A DNA stretch of 32,000 nt, taken from assembly GCA_030167145.1 (NCBI GenBank), contig CP126532.1, positions 2,370,001-2,402,000 on the forward strand, in the 5' to 3' direction. The DNA comes from Ktedonobacterales bacterium (GTDB taxonomy: Bacteria; Chloroflexota; Ktedonobacteria; Ktedonobacterales; JADMIN01). The first letter of the stretch is position 1. Each line of letters opens with the position of its first letter. The position numbers and the translations under genes were made by a program. Positions 1-9,144 of this stretch are shown here, piece after piece. The notes below the pieces were generated by a model. The model was not told where the DNA came from. It did not search any database and was given only the letters and a program-made list of their open reading frames with translations.

Positions 1-307
1 GGTTCGGCGGTTAGATGTGGCATCCCATGCCCGCTTTCCTTCTCCATAGGGGTCAACCTTGTAGATGGCTGCTGGTGGCGCTGTGCGATGGAAGATTGTG
101 GCGTGTCTCTTCTGTGCAACCCCCATGCCAACAAGCGCGGCAGTATGTGTCAATTCGCCACGAATAGACATAATGGGCATCTCATCCAAACCCCGACCTC
201 CGACTGTACGTATTCTATTCCGCAACGGAGTACCGTTCTCCCGTTGCGCGACCGGCCAGGACAGGCTGCGAGCAACGCGAGCAACCAGAACACGAGGGCA
301 CACCCCC

Positions 308-2230
308 ATGACCGTATCCGCTTCCATCCTGCGTGAGCGCGAGGCACAGATCCTTGCCGACGAGCGCCGCCTGGCCGAAGAACTGGGCGACTGTCTCCGC
401 GCGTTCCAGTCGTCCAGCGAGGACGCCGAAACGCTACGCCGGGTGATCCAATCGCTGCACGAACCGTTCTTGCTTGTCGTGGCGGGCGAGTTCAATGCGG
501 GCAAGAGCGCCTTCATCAATGCGCTGGTCGGCGAGCGGGTGCTGGCCGAGGGTGTGACGCCGACGACAGCGCACGTGACGCTGCTGCGCTACGGCGAAAC
601 GGGCAGTTCGCGGCTGCGCGCCGATGGCATCGAGGAGATCTTCTCGCCAGCGGCCTTCCTGCGCGACATTGCCATCGTGGATACGCCGGGAACCAACGCA
701 GTGCTGCGGCATCACGAGCAATTGACCAATGAGTTTATTCCGCGTAGCGACTTCATCCTCTTCGTCACCTCCGCCGACCGGCCCTTCACCGAGAGTGAGC
801 GCGCCTTTCTGGATCGCATTCGCGCATGGGGCAAGAAGGTGGTGCTGGTGCTCAATAAAGTGGACCTGCTGCGCACCGCCGACGACGCCGCCGAGGTGGT
901 GGGCTTCGTTCGCCAGCACAGCACGGCGCTGCTGGGCGCGTCGCCGGATGTGTTTCCGCTTTCGGCGCGACTCGCGCAGGAAGCCCGACAGGCCAGCGCG
1001 GGAGATGAGGGCGTGCGTCTATGGGAACAGAGCCGCATGGGCGCGCTGCGCGATCATCTGCTGCGAACGCTGGATGACGAGGGCCGCGCCCGCCTGAAGC
1101 TGCTGAGTCCGCTGGGGGTGATGCAGCGGCTGGCCGTCACGTACCAGGGCGAGGCGGCCAAACGCGCGGCGCTGCTGGATGAGGACGCGCGCACCGTCAC
1201 CAATATCGAGGCGCAGATCAGCGCCGCCGCCGAGGATATGCGCCAGGCGTTCGAGCAGCGGCTGCGGGCGGCCCGCGCGATTCTGCTGGAATTGCGTACA
1301 CGCGGCGACACATTCTTTGACGATACGGTGCGGCTGCCCAGGGTGATTGACCTGGCGCGCGGCCAGCGCATCCGCGATGAGTTCGAGCGCGAGGTGATCG
1401 CCGATACGCCCGCGCGGATCGAGGCAGCAGCCAACGACCTGATTGATTGGATGGTGGAGCAGGAGCACCGGCTGTGGCAGAACGTGAACGATTATCTCAC
1501 GCGCCGCCGCCAGACCTCGGCTTCAGCTATCGCCACGTCTGACGCGGGCAGCGATGAGCACGTGATCGGCGGCGTGGGCGCAACCTTCGACTTCACGCGC
1601 CGCGCGGTGCTGCAACGGGTCGCCACCGCCGTAGACCGCGCCGTGCAGACGTATGACCGCGACGAAGAGGCGCAACTGCTCTCGGCGTCGCTGCAATCCA
1701 CGGTGGCTACCGCTGCGCTGGTGGAGGTGGGTGCAGTGGGGCTGGGCGTGGGACTGGTGGTGCTGGTGGGGACGGCTGCCGCCGATGTGACGGGCATCCT
1801 GGCGGCGGTGGCGCTGGGCAGCCTGGGGCTGGGCATCCTGCCGTTGAAGAAGCGTCGCGCTAAGGCGCAGTTTGCTGAGCGCGTTCGCCAGCTTGACGAG
1901 AAGCTGACGGCCACGCTGCGCGAGCAATTCGAGCGGGAGCTTGAGGCGGGCGCGCAACGGCTGCGCGAAGCGCTGGCCCCGTACACACGCTTCGTGCGCA
2001 TCGAGCGCGAGCGGGTCGGCGCGACACTGGCGACGCTGGAACGGCTGCACGCCGACACCGAGGCGCTACGGCTGCGAATCGAGAGCAAGGCGCCGCTTAC
2101 CGCTTCCGCTACTATATCCATTAGGCCGACCGACACAGTCGCTGATACGCCCGCCGCGACGCTGCCGCTGTTAGAGGATGGCAAGGGCGATGGGGGCGTG
2201 ACGATTGAGCCAGTCGGGACGACGCCGTGA
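308..2230 (+). CDS. Bacterial dynamin-like GTPase (BDLP family)
   Basis: ORF 65..2230. GTPase motifs occur in order: G1 GEFNAGKSAFINAL, G3 DTPG, G4 NKVD. A long Ala/Arg/Glu-rich helical stalk follows, with a hydrophobic paddle VGAVGLGVGLVVLVGTAAADVTGILAAVALGSLGLGIL near the C-terminus. Start placed at ATG 308 (MTVSASILRE...) because the 81 upstream codons look non-coding; start uncertain. Confidence 0.8.
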   Translation: MTVSASILREREAQILADERRLAEELGDCLRAFQSSSEDAETLRRVIQSLHEPFLLVVAGEFNAGKSAFINALVGERVLAEGVTPTTAHVTLLRYGETGSSRLRADGIEEIFSPAAFLRDIAIVDTPGTNAVLRHHEQLTNEFIPRSDFILFVTSADRPFTESERAFLDRIRAWGKKVVLVLNKVDLLRTADDAAEVVGFVRQHSTALLGASPDVFPLSARLAQEARQASAGDEGVRLWEQSRMGALRDHLLRTLDDEGRARLKLLSPLGVMQRLAVTYQGEAAKRAALLDEDARTVTNIEAQISAAAEDMRQAFEQRLRAARAILLELRTRGDTFFDDTVRLPRVIDLARGQRIRDEFEREVIADTPARIEAAANDLIDWMVEQEHRLWQNVNDYLTRRRQTSASAIATSDAGSDEHVIGGVGATFDFTRRAVLQRVATAVDRAVQTYDRDEEAQLLSASLQSTVATAALVEVGAVGLGVGLVVLVGTAAADVTGILAAVALGSLGLGILPLKKRRAKAQFAERVRQLDEKLTATLREQFERELEAGAQRLREALAPYTRFVRIERERVGATLATLERLHADTEALRLRIESKAPLTASATISIRPTDTVADTPAATLPLLEDGKGDGGVTIEPVGTTP

Positions 2231-2254
2231 TCAAGATAGGTGTAATAGGAAATG

Positions 2255-2295
2255 CCAGGGCTGGATGGGAGACCGTCCAGCCCTGGTATTGTTTC
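2255..2295. terminator. Bidirectional intrinsic terminator between the convergent dynamin-like and acnA genes
   Basis: Perfect 11-bp stem ccagggctgga (2255-2265) / tccagccctgg (2276-2286) with a 10-nt loop. T-rich tail tattgtttc on the + strand and catttcctatt on the - strand. Lies in the 75-nt gap between two stop codons. Confidence 0.6.
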
Positions 2296-2305
2296 GCGGA
2301 TGGGA

Positions 2306-5300
2306 TTACGCCTGCTGCTCGCGCACCAGACGCCGCAGGACGGCTTGCAGAATGCCGCCGTTGCGGTAGTAGTTGATGTCAATCGGGCTGTCGAGGCGGG
2401 CGATGGCGGTGAACTCGAAGGTTGAGCCATCTTCGCGGTGGACGCGGACGGTCATCTCCTGGCGCGGCTTTAGCTCGCCGGTGATGCCCACAATGTCGTA
2501 GGTCTCGCGGCCCGTCAGGCCCAAGCTTTCGCGGCTGGCGCCCGGCTGGAACTGAAGCGGCAGGATGCCCATGCCGACGAGATTGCTGCGGTGGATACGC
2601 TCGTAGCTTTCGGCCAGCGTGGCGCGGATGCCCAGCAGCAGCGGGCCTTTCGCTGCCCAGTCGCGCGAGCTGCCCGATCCATATTCTTTGCCAGCGATGA
2701 CCAGCAGCGGTGTGCCCGCCGCCTGATACTTCATCGAGGCGTCGTAGATGGTCATCTCGTCGCCATCTGGCAGATAGGCGGTGTAGTAGCCCTCTTTATT
2801 CGGTACGAGCATGTTGCGCAGGCGGATGTTGGCAAAGGTGCCGCGCACCATCACCTCGTGGTTGCCACGCCGCGCGCCGTAGCTGTTGAAGTCGCGGGCG
2901 GTGACGCCGTGGTCAATCAGATACTTGCCGGCAGGGCTGGTGGTGGGGATGGAGCCAGCGGGCGAGATGTGGTCGGTGGTGATCGAGTCGCCGACCGAGA
3001 CCAGCACCCGCGCGCCGGTGATGTCGCTGAGCGGCGCAGGCTCCGGGGCAAGACCGTCGAAGAACGGCGGCTTGCGAACGTAGGTGGAGTCGGCATCCCA
3101 CGAGAAGAGGCCGCTCCCCGCCTCTGGCAGCGGCAGCGCGCGCCAGTGTTCGTCGCCGTCGAAGACGTGTCCGTACTCCTCGGTGAAGATTTCGGGCTTG
3201 ACGACGCGGCTCAACGTCTCCTGCACCTCTTGCGGGGTGGGCCAGATGTCCTTCAGGTAGACTGGCTGGCCGTTGGGGTCTTCGCCAAGCGGATCGTGGG
3301 TCAGATCTGTATCCACTGAGCCAGCCAGCGCGTAGGCGACGACGAGCGGCGGCGAGGCGAGATAGCTGGCGCGCACCTGCGGATGGATGCGCCCCTCGAA
3401 GTTGCGGTTGCCGCTGAGCACCGCCGCGACGACGAGGTCGTTGTCCTTCACGGCGTCGGCCACCGGCTCTGGCAAGGGGCCGCTATTGCCGATGCAGTTA
3501 TGCACGGCGACAGTGCCCGCCACGAAGGCATGCGGGCCGTCCACCGCCAGATCGTAGACCGCGCGCTTTCCAGCTTCGCGGCGCTCCATCACCTGAAGCC
3601 CGAAGGTTGGCAGTTCGAGCGCGTCTTTGGCGACGCAGTAGCGTTTGGCGGGGTCTGTCTCGTCTCGTGAGCGCAGGGGCGCGAACCACTCGCGCACGCC
3701 AAGCTGGGTGAAGAGTTCGGCGGGCGAGGGAAAGCCGCAACTCTCGCGGTGCAGCGGCTGGAACTTGCGCGCGGTGGCCTGCGGGAGCCGTGAGAAGCGG
3801 TCGCTGCCTTCCAGTAGCGCATAGTGTGGCGAGACGACTGGCTCGCGCTCCATCAGTTCCACTGCCGCTTGCTGGCGTGCTTTGGCAAAGGACAATTCGC
3901 GGTTCTCCTGGTGCAATTCGTCCAGGCGGGCTGACATCCACAGGCGCTGCTGATGGATGCGGTCTATCGTGCGCCAGTAGACCGCCGCCGCGCTGGCGCG
4001 CAGCGCTTTGTCCACACAGTAGCGGAAGCCGACGCGCTCGACGAAGGAGAGGCCGTCGGGCAATTCCAGGCGCACCTCAATGCGCTCAATACCATCCTGT
4101 GCGGCGGGATACGAGGAGAGCGCGCGGCGGGTGGGATACTCATAGATGTTCGCCTTCTCGGTTTCCACACCACAGCGAGCTAGCAGACGGAGCAGATCAT
4201 TCATGACACGCTTGAGACTGTCCACGTGTTCGGGGAGGGCGCTCTGCGAATAGGCGGGTGGTTCGAGCGTCGCGTCGTCTTCGCCTTCACCCCAGCGATG
4301 TAGTACGGGGGTGTGGCCGTCTGCGCCGAAGAGGCCGCCGAGGAACTCGCGCACGACCGCAACGGGACAGGTATCATCCAGCACGAATGCGGGAAGCGTG
4401 GGAGCTTGTTGAATGCGCCGCCCGACTCGCACACCAGGCAGCGTGCGGATGGCATCGGTCAACGTCTTGGGCAGCACGATGGTCCACTTGCGCTCGTCGT
4501 AGCGCGTCGCGGCGGGGCGGCTGCCGGTAATCAATTCAATGTCGTTGAGCGCCATCTCGCGGTCTACAGCCTGGCCAACATGCACGCGGCCCTGGCCGGC
4601 GAGACTGATCGAGCCGTCGCTGAGCAAATGGCCGAGCAGGCGCGCAAATGCGAGCGTTCGCAGGCGTTCGTAGGGGGTATCCATCGTGAAGAGCAGGTCG
4701 CCAACGGGCAGCGCCCAGCCTGTTTCGTCGTCGCCTGGCTCATCCAGCGGCGCTTCGAGGCCGACGACCACACGATCTTCGCCCAGCGCCAGTTCATCGG
4801 CGCGCACCCAGCGTCCATCGGTAGTGAGGATCTGGTGATCGGGGGTGCAGTCCAGCGTGCGGCCGTCTTGCAAGACGAGCGAGATGCAGTCGCGCACGCC
4901 CTGGGCCATCGCTTCGGCTTGCCGCGCGATGCTCAGCGTGCCGTCGCCGGAGGGGGCGAACAGCGTGGCCCCACCCATGGCGGGCATCGCTTCGATGGGG
5001 CGCGTCGTGCCGTTGGCGAGCAGGACCGGAGTACCCTCGGCGATGCAGGTGGTACAGCCGTAGCCGACGGTATGGAAACGCAGCGCCTCTAAGAATGGGG
5101 TGAGGCCAGCGTTGTCGAGATAGTCGGTGACGGCGCGGGAACCGGGGGCGAGGCTGGTTTTGACGGCGGGGGAGACACGCAGGCCGCGCTCGACGGCGTG
5201 CTTGGCCAGCAGGCCAGCCGCGAGCATAACAGATGGATTGGAGGTGTTGGTGCAACTGGTGATGGCGGCGATGGCGACCGCGCCGTGGTTTAGGGGCACC

Positions 5301-6607
5301 TCTTCGCCATCCATCGCGACGATGGTCGTGCCGTTGGTCTTGACGTGCGCGCCCTCTTCCACGTCGTCGCTGATCTTGGCATCGAAGCGGTCGGCATAGG
5401 CGGTGCGGAAGTTCTGCTTGACGCCGCCCAGCGCCACGCGGTCCTGTGGGCGGCGCGGACCGGCGAGGCTCGGCTCGATGGTGGCGAGGTCGAGTTGCAG
5501 CAGTTCGTTGAAGGTGGGCACGGGGGTGTCATCGGTGCGGAAGAGGCCCTGCTCTTTGGTGTAGCGCTCGACGAGATCCACCAGATCGGCTGGGCGGCCA
5601 GTGAGGCGCAGGTAGCGCAGGGTCTCGGCGTCCACGGGGAAGAGGGTGGCGGTCGCGCCGAACTCTGGCGACATGTTGGAGATGGTGGCGCGGTCGGCGA
5701 GGCTGAGCGAGCTGAGTCCCACGCCCGCGAATTCGACGAAGCGCCCGACGACGCCATGCCTGCGGAGCATCTGGGTGACGGCGAGCACGAGGTCAGTGGC
5801 GGTCGCGCCTTCGGGCAGCGCGCCGGAGAGCTGGATGCCGACGACTTCGGGGGTGAGCAGGTAGAGCGGCTGGCCGAGCAGCACGGCTTCGGCTTCGATG
5901 CCACCGACGCCCCAGCCCAGGATGCCCAGGCCGTTGATCATGGTGGTGTGGGAGTCGGTGCCGACGAGGGTGTCGGGGAAGGCGTAGCCGTCGCGCGATT
6001 GGATGACTTTGCCCAGATATTCAAGGTTGACCTGATGCACGATGCCGGTGCCGGGGGGGACGACACTGAAATCCTTAAACGCTTGCTGCGCCCAGCGCAG
6101 CAGCGCATAGCGTTCGCCGTTGCGCTCGTACTCGCGCTGGACGTTGGCGCCGAAGGCGAGCGTGGAGCCGAACATGTCCACCTGCACCGAGTGGTCAATG
6201 ACGAGGTCGGCGGGGACCAGTGGATTGACGCGGGTGGGGTCGCCGCCCATTGCCTTGACGGCGTCGCGCATGGCGGCGAGGTCTACGACGGCGGGGACGC
6301 CGGTGAAGTCCTGCAGGATGACGCGGGCGGGCATGAAGGGCAGTTCTTCGGGGTCGCCGGGGGCGGGCTGGACACCGGGACGCCAGCGCGCGAGGGCGAG
6401 CACGTCAGCCTGACTGACGAGGCCCGGTTCGAGGTCGCTGTTGCGCAGCGCGTTCTCGACGAGCACGCGCAGGGTGAAGGGCAGTTGCGCCAGCGGCGTG
6501 ACGTTGGCGCTGGTGAGGGCATCCAGCCGGTAATACGTGAGGGGTCCGGCGCTCGTGGAGAGCGTCGCCCGCGCGCCAAAGGCGTTTGCGGTGTTCTGTG
6601 AAGCCAT
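2306..6607 (-). CDS. acnA: Aconitate hydratase A, intein-containing precursor (1433 aa; about 916 aa after predicted splicing)
   Basis: ATG at 6605-6607. Aconitase signatures: VILQDFTGVPAVVDLAAMR, VGTDSHTTMINGLG, ITSCTNTSNP (first Fe-S Cys), GYGCTT...CIGNSGPL (second and third Cys), and the swivel domain GKEYGSGSSRDWAAKG. The exteins are 5048..6607 (N) and 2309..3496 (C). Confidence 0.92.
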   Translation of the reverse strand: MASQNTANAFGARATLSTSAGPLTYYRLDALTSANVTPLAQLPFTLRVLVENALRNSDLEPGLVSQADVLALARWRPGVQPAPGDPEELPFMPARVILQDFTGVPAVVDLAAMRDAVKAMGGDPTRVNPLVPADLVIDHSVQVDMFGSTLAFGANVQREYERNGERYALLRWAQQAFKDFSVVPPGTGIVHQVNLEYLGKVIQSRDGYAFPDTLVGTDSHTTMINGLGILGWGVGGIEAEAVLLGQPLYLLTPEVVGIQLSGALPEGATATDLVLAVTQMLRRHGVVGRFVEFAGVGLSSLSLADRATISNMSPEFGATATLFPVDAETLRYLRLTGRPADLVDLVERYTKEQGLFRTDDTPVPTFNELLQLDLATIEPSLAGPRRPQDRVALGGVKQNFRTAYADRFDAKISDDVEEGAHVKTNGTTIVAMDGEEVPLNHGAVAIAAITSCTNTSNPSVMLAAGLLAKHAVERGLRVSPAVKTSLAPGSRAVTDYLDNAGLTPFLEALRFHTVGYGCTTCIAEGTPVLLANGTTRPIEAMPAMGGATLFAPSGDGTLSIARQAEAMAQGVRDCISLVLQDGRTLDCTPDHQILTTDGRWVRADELALGEDRVVVGLEAPLDEPGDDETGWALPVGDLLFTMDTPYERLRTLAFARLLGHLLSDGSISLAGQGRVHVGQAVDREMALNDIELITGSRPAATRYDERKWTIVLPKTLTDAIRTLPGVRVGRRIQQAPTLPAFVLDDTCPVAVVREFLGGLFGADGHTPVLHRWGEGEDDATLEPPAYSQSALPEHVDSLKRVMNDLLRLLARCGVETEKANIYEYPTRRALSSYPAAQDGIERIEVRLELPDGLSFVERVGFRYCVDKALRASAAAVYWRTIDRIHQQRLWMSARLDELHQENRELSFAKARQQAAVELMEREPVVSPHYALLEGSDRFSRLPQATARKFQPLHRESCGFPSPAELFTQLGVREWFAPLRSRDETDPAKRYCVAKDALELPTFGLQVMERREAGKRAVYDLAVDGPHAFVAGTVAVHNCIGNSGPLPEPVADAVKDNDLVVAAVLSGNRNFEGRIHPQVRASYLASPPLVVAYALAGSVDTDLTHDPLGEDPNGQPVYLKDIWPTPQEVQETLSRVVKPEIFTEEYGHVFDGDEHWRALPLPEAGSGLFSWDADSTYVRKPPFFDGLAPEPAPLSDITGARVLVSVGDSITTDHISPAGSIPTTSPAGKYLIDHGVTARDFNSYGARRGNHEVMVRGTFANIRLRNMLVPNKEGYYTAYLPDGDEMTIYDASMKYQAAGTPLLVIAGKEYGSGSSRDWAAKGPLLLGIRATLAESYERIHRSNLVGMGILPLQFQPGASRESLGLTGRETYDIVGITGELKPRQEMTVRVHREDGSTFEFTAIARLDSPIDINYYRNGGILQAVLRRLVREQQA
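3497..5047 (-). mobile_element. Class-1 intein with LAGLIDADG homing-endonuclease domain (517 aa, residues 521-1037 of the acnA ORF)
   Basis: Cys1 is in CIAEGTPVLLANG (codon 5045-5047). Block B is CTPDHQILT. LAGLIDADG motifs: LLGHLLSDGS (about 4607-4639) and FLGGLFGADG (about 4313-4345). The C-terminal block is VYDLAVDGPHAFVAGTVAVHN (Asn codon 3497-3499), followed by +1 Cys (3494-3496). Deleting it recreates the conserved GCTTCIGNSGPL. Confidence 0.88.
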
Positions 6608-6987
6608 GCGATGGCGCCCCTTTGCTGAGGAATGCGTGAGGGGGCCGCTCCGTGCGGTGCGGACGTTCCGTGCGTCGCGGACGGAAGGCGGTCATCCTCG
6701 CTGACAACCAAAATACATCTAGGACTGCTGGCAGTATAGTACACGGAGGCGGGCGGTTGCCCTGGTCCGGTGGCTGCGTGACCGTCAGCCGTACCTTCCT
6801 GGAGTATAGCAGCTTGCTTATCCGATAACACGATGTGCCGTATCGGATTTTCCGATAGTGCGGGCGCTGATGCCGCCGTTTTTCTGATTGGCGCGTATGC
6901 AGGCAGGCAGAAATGTCCGCTCTAGCAGAGTTGCCAACCCCCTGCCGGTTCTAGGATTGGCGCGCCGGTAGCGAGAAGTGTGTGCGA

Positions 6988-7569
6988 CTACGGCGCGGCG
7001 GCGGAGGTATCGTCGTCACGGGCATCGCTGCGGGCATCGTCACGGGTGGGAGCGGCATCGCGGGCGAGCAGACGCCAGCCAGGGCGGCGCGCGGTGGTGT
7101 TGTCCTGCTCCGCGTCGTCAGGCTGGGTCGCGACGTGCGCCGCCGCATCGTCAGGCTGAGTTGTGGCGCTGGCTGTGGCGTCGCGGGGGCTGGAACGGGG
7201 CGGCGCGAGATAATAGCTGGCGATAAGCGCAACGCCGACGGCCAGGGGAATCAGGCCGGGGAGCAGCCAGGGTCCGAAGCGGCCGGGCACGGCGCTGAAA
7301 GGCGGTGGTAGCAGATAACCAAGCGTATAGAGGCCGATGGTGATGGCGAAGCCAACCATCGCGGTGATGAGGCCGCCGCGCAAGAGCGCCACACCACGCG
7401 GATACCGGGGAAGGTTGGGAGCATGCCCGTCAGATGCGGATTCGAGCAGGCCACGCTCGATCATGCTCATGCGCTCGCGGTGGTCGAGATAGCGCACCAG
7501 GAGGATGAAGCCGAGAAAGAGGGCAAGCGCGCCGATCCATTCGAGGCCGACGATGGTCAGCTCATTCAC
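6988..7569 (-). CDS. Hypothetical membrane protein with a low-complexity Pro/Asp/Ala-rich tail
   Basis: ORF with an N-terminal TM helix (WIGALALFLGFILLV) and two to three further hydrophobic segments. The C-terminal tail contains an internal repeat (TQPDDAAAHVATQPDDAEQD). No family recognised by eye. Confidence 0.5.
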   Translation of the reverse strand: MNELTIVGLEWIGALALFLGFILLVRYLDHRERMSMIERGLLESASDGHAPNLPRYPRGVALLRGGLITAMVGFAITIGLYTLGYLLPPPFSAVPGRFGPWLLPGLIPLAVGVALIASYYLAPPRSSPRDATASATTQPDDAAAHVATQPDDAEQDNTTARRPGWRLLARDAAPTRDDARSDARDDDTSAAAP

Positions 7570-7714
7570 GCGTGGCTCCTTGGGCAGAACGAGTACGTTG
7601 GCGCTGAGTCTTGTGTGTTTCTGTATTTCGCATCATACTGTATCGAGAGGCGATTTGCCCGGCGAATGTTTCAGTGCGTAGGCCGCGTATCGAGAACGCG
7701 GGAGGGAGAGCGGC

Positions 7715-8542
7715 GTGGATCCGCGAAACTTTTCACTGCCGAATCCACTCCCATCAGATATGTTTGAAGAATGGCCATTTCCGAACGGTTCGCGGCTGAA
7801 CGGCGCGGAGAGCGTGGCGCTGCCCACGCCAGAGGGCGCTGTCGCGCGCACGGGCGTGCCCGCGCCTGCCGCCGCCGAAGAGCTGGCGTGTGTCGCACGG
7901 GCACGCGCGGGCGATCAGGATGCGTTTGGCGTGCTGGTGCGGCTGTATCAGCGGCAGGTCTATCAGTTGGCGCTGCGGATGCTGCGCAACACAGAGGACG
8001 CGACGGAAGCGACGCAGGAGATCTTTCTGGCGGCGTGGCAGGGATTGTCGGGCTTTCGGGGGGACGCGCGCTTTTCGACATGGCTGTATCGCATCGCCTA
8101 TAACCACTGCCTGAAACTGGTGGAGCGGCAGAAGCGCGACGCCGCCGCGCGGGCCGAGTTGCTGGCCAACGCGGCACGGCAGCAGACGCCAGCAGGGGCG
8201 CTGAGCGCGAGCATGGCACACGACGCCGAGCGCGCGATGCGCGAGACGGTGCGCGACGAGATCGCCAATCTGCCGCCGAAGTATCGCGCGGTGCTGGTGC
8301 TGCGCCATTTGCAGGATCTAACCTACGAGGAGATGGCGGACGTGATGCGCGTGCCGATTGGCACAGTGAAGACACAGCTCTTCCGCGCCCGGGCGATGCT
8401 GAAGGAACGGTTGGAGCCGCTGGGGCGGATGCGCGAGGAGGGGGTGTCGCGGGTAGGCGAACTGCGGGCCGGGCTGGAGGCTGGGCTGCGCGGGATACTG
8501 GAGCGCGGGCGGCATACGCCGGAAGGAGGGAGCGAGTCATGA
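7715..8542 (+). CDS. ECF-type RNA polymerase sigma-70 family factor
   Basis: Region 2 is DAFGVLVRLYQRQVYQLALRML...EATQEIFLAAWQGLSGFRGDARFSTWLYRIAYNHCL. Region 4 is YRAVLVLRHLQDLTYEEMADVMRVPIGTVKTQLFRARAML. GTG start at 7715 is preceded by gggagggag. The stop overlaps the next gene's start (ATGA at 8539-8542). Confidence 0.85.
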   Translation: MDPRNFSLPNPLPSDMFEEWPFPNGSRLNGAESVALPTPEGAVARTGVPAPAAAEELACVARARAGDQDAFGVLVRLYQRQVYQLALRMLRNTEDATEATQEIFLAAWQGLSGFRGDARFSTWLYRIAYNHCLKLVERQKRDAAARAELLANAARQQTPAGALSASMAHDAERAMRETVRDEIANLPPKYRAVLVLRHLQDLTYEEMADVMRVPIGTVKTQLFRARAMLKERLEPLGRMREEGVSRVGELRAGLEAGLRGILERGRHTPEGGSES

Positions 8543-9126
8543 GTACCGATTGCCGGCGTACACGCACCGCGCTGCAACTGTATCTCGATGGGCGGCTCGA
8601 TCCCCGGCGGCTGGCTGGGCTAGAGACGCATCTGCGGGGCTGCGCCGCATGTCGCGAAGAACTGTTCGCGCTGGAAACATTGAGCGACTCGCTGGCCGAC
8701 CTGCGGATGATCGAGGAGCCAGCAAATCTGACGGCGCTGATCTTGACGCGAGTGGCGTCGTATGAGGTGAGCAAGCGCGCGAAGGCCGAGGCGGTGGAGC
8801 TGGCACGCGCGCAACGCCAGTTCGGGCCGCGCTGGGGCGATGCGGTGCTGGCGGCGGTGCTGGCGACAATGAGCACCGTGCTGTTCGTGTTGCTGGATCC
8901 GCAACTGCGCGAGGCCGCACCGATGGCCGCCGCGCGGGCATTCCCGAATGTGGTGGCGCTGCTGAGCATGCGCGGGCCTGGCTCCATCGCCTGGGTGGCG
9001 TGGGTGGTGTGGATCGCGACGGGGCTGTTGCTGACGCTGTGGCTGGCGGGCGCGGAGGTGCGCGCGTCGTGGCGGCGTTCGCTCTCGGAGCGGCTGGCGC
9101 AGTTGCCGCTGCCGCGTGGGGCGTAA
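8539..9126 (+). CDS. Membrane anti-sigma factor, zf-HC2 type
   Basis: N-terminal CRRTRTALQLYLDG...HLRGCAACREEL (H-x3-C-x2-C). Two or more TM segments (AVLAAVLATMSTVLFVLL; IAWVAWVVWIATGLLLTLWLAG). Translationally coupled to the upstream ECF sigma gene. Confidence 0.75.
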   Translation: MSTDCRRTRTALQLYLDGRLDPRRLAGLETHLRGCAACREELFALETLSDSLADLRMIEEPANLTALILTRVASYEVSKRAKAEAVELARAQRQFGPRWGDAVLAAVLATMSTVLFVLLDPQLREAAPMAAARAFPNVVALLSMRGPGSIAWVAWVVWIATGLLLTLWLAGAEVRASWRRSLSERLAQLPLPRGA

Positions 9127-9144
9127 GACAGACAGACCAGGGGT

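Noticed and set aside
1-60. Possible start of a minus-strand gene at the left window edge (ATGGAGAAGGAAAGC... reading leftwards from about 47)
   Set aside because: Only about 15 codons are visible. There is no motif and no way to separate it from chance.
65-307. N-terminal 81-codon extension of the dynamin-like ORF (listed start at 65)
   Set aside because: The extension is Cys/Arg/Pro-rich with no resemblance to the GTPase family. It overlaps equally long ORFs in other frames, which is typical high-GC noise. ATG 308 gives a normal distance to the P-loop.
5345-6601. Long antisense or shadow ORFs (for example 5345..6601 +, 7671..9296 -, 13216..14400 +, 19410..20831 +, 12435..13349 -, 30459..31370 -)
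   Set aside because: All lie opposite well-supported genes, have Arg/Ala/Gly/Pro-dominated composition and carry no recognisable motifs. Such open frames are expected at about 65% GC.
6863-6890. Hairpin plus T5 (gcgggcgctgatgccgccgttttt) as a + strand terminator upstream of acnA
   Set aside because: The stem is only about 4-5 bp, and no + strand gene ends there.
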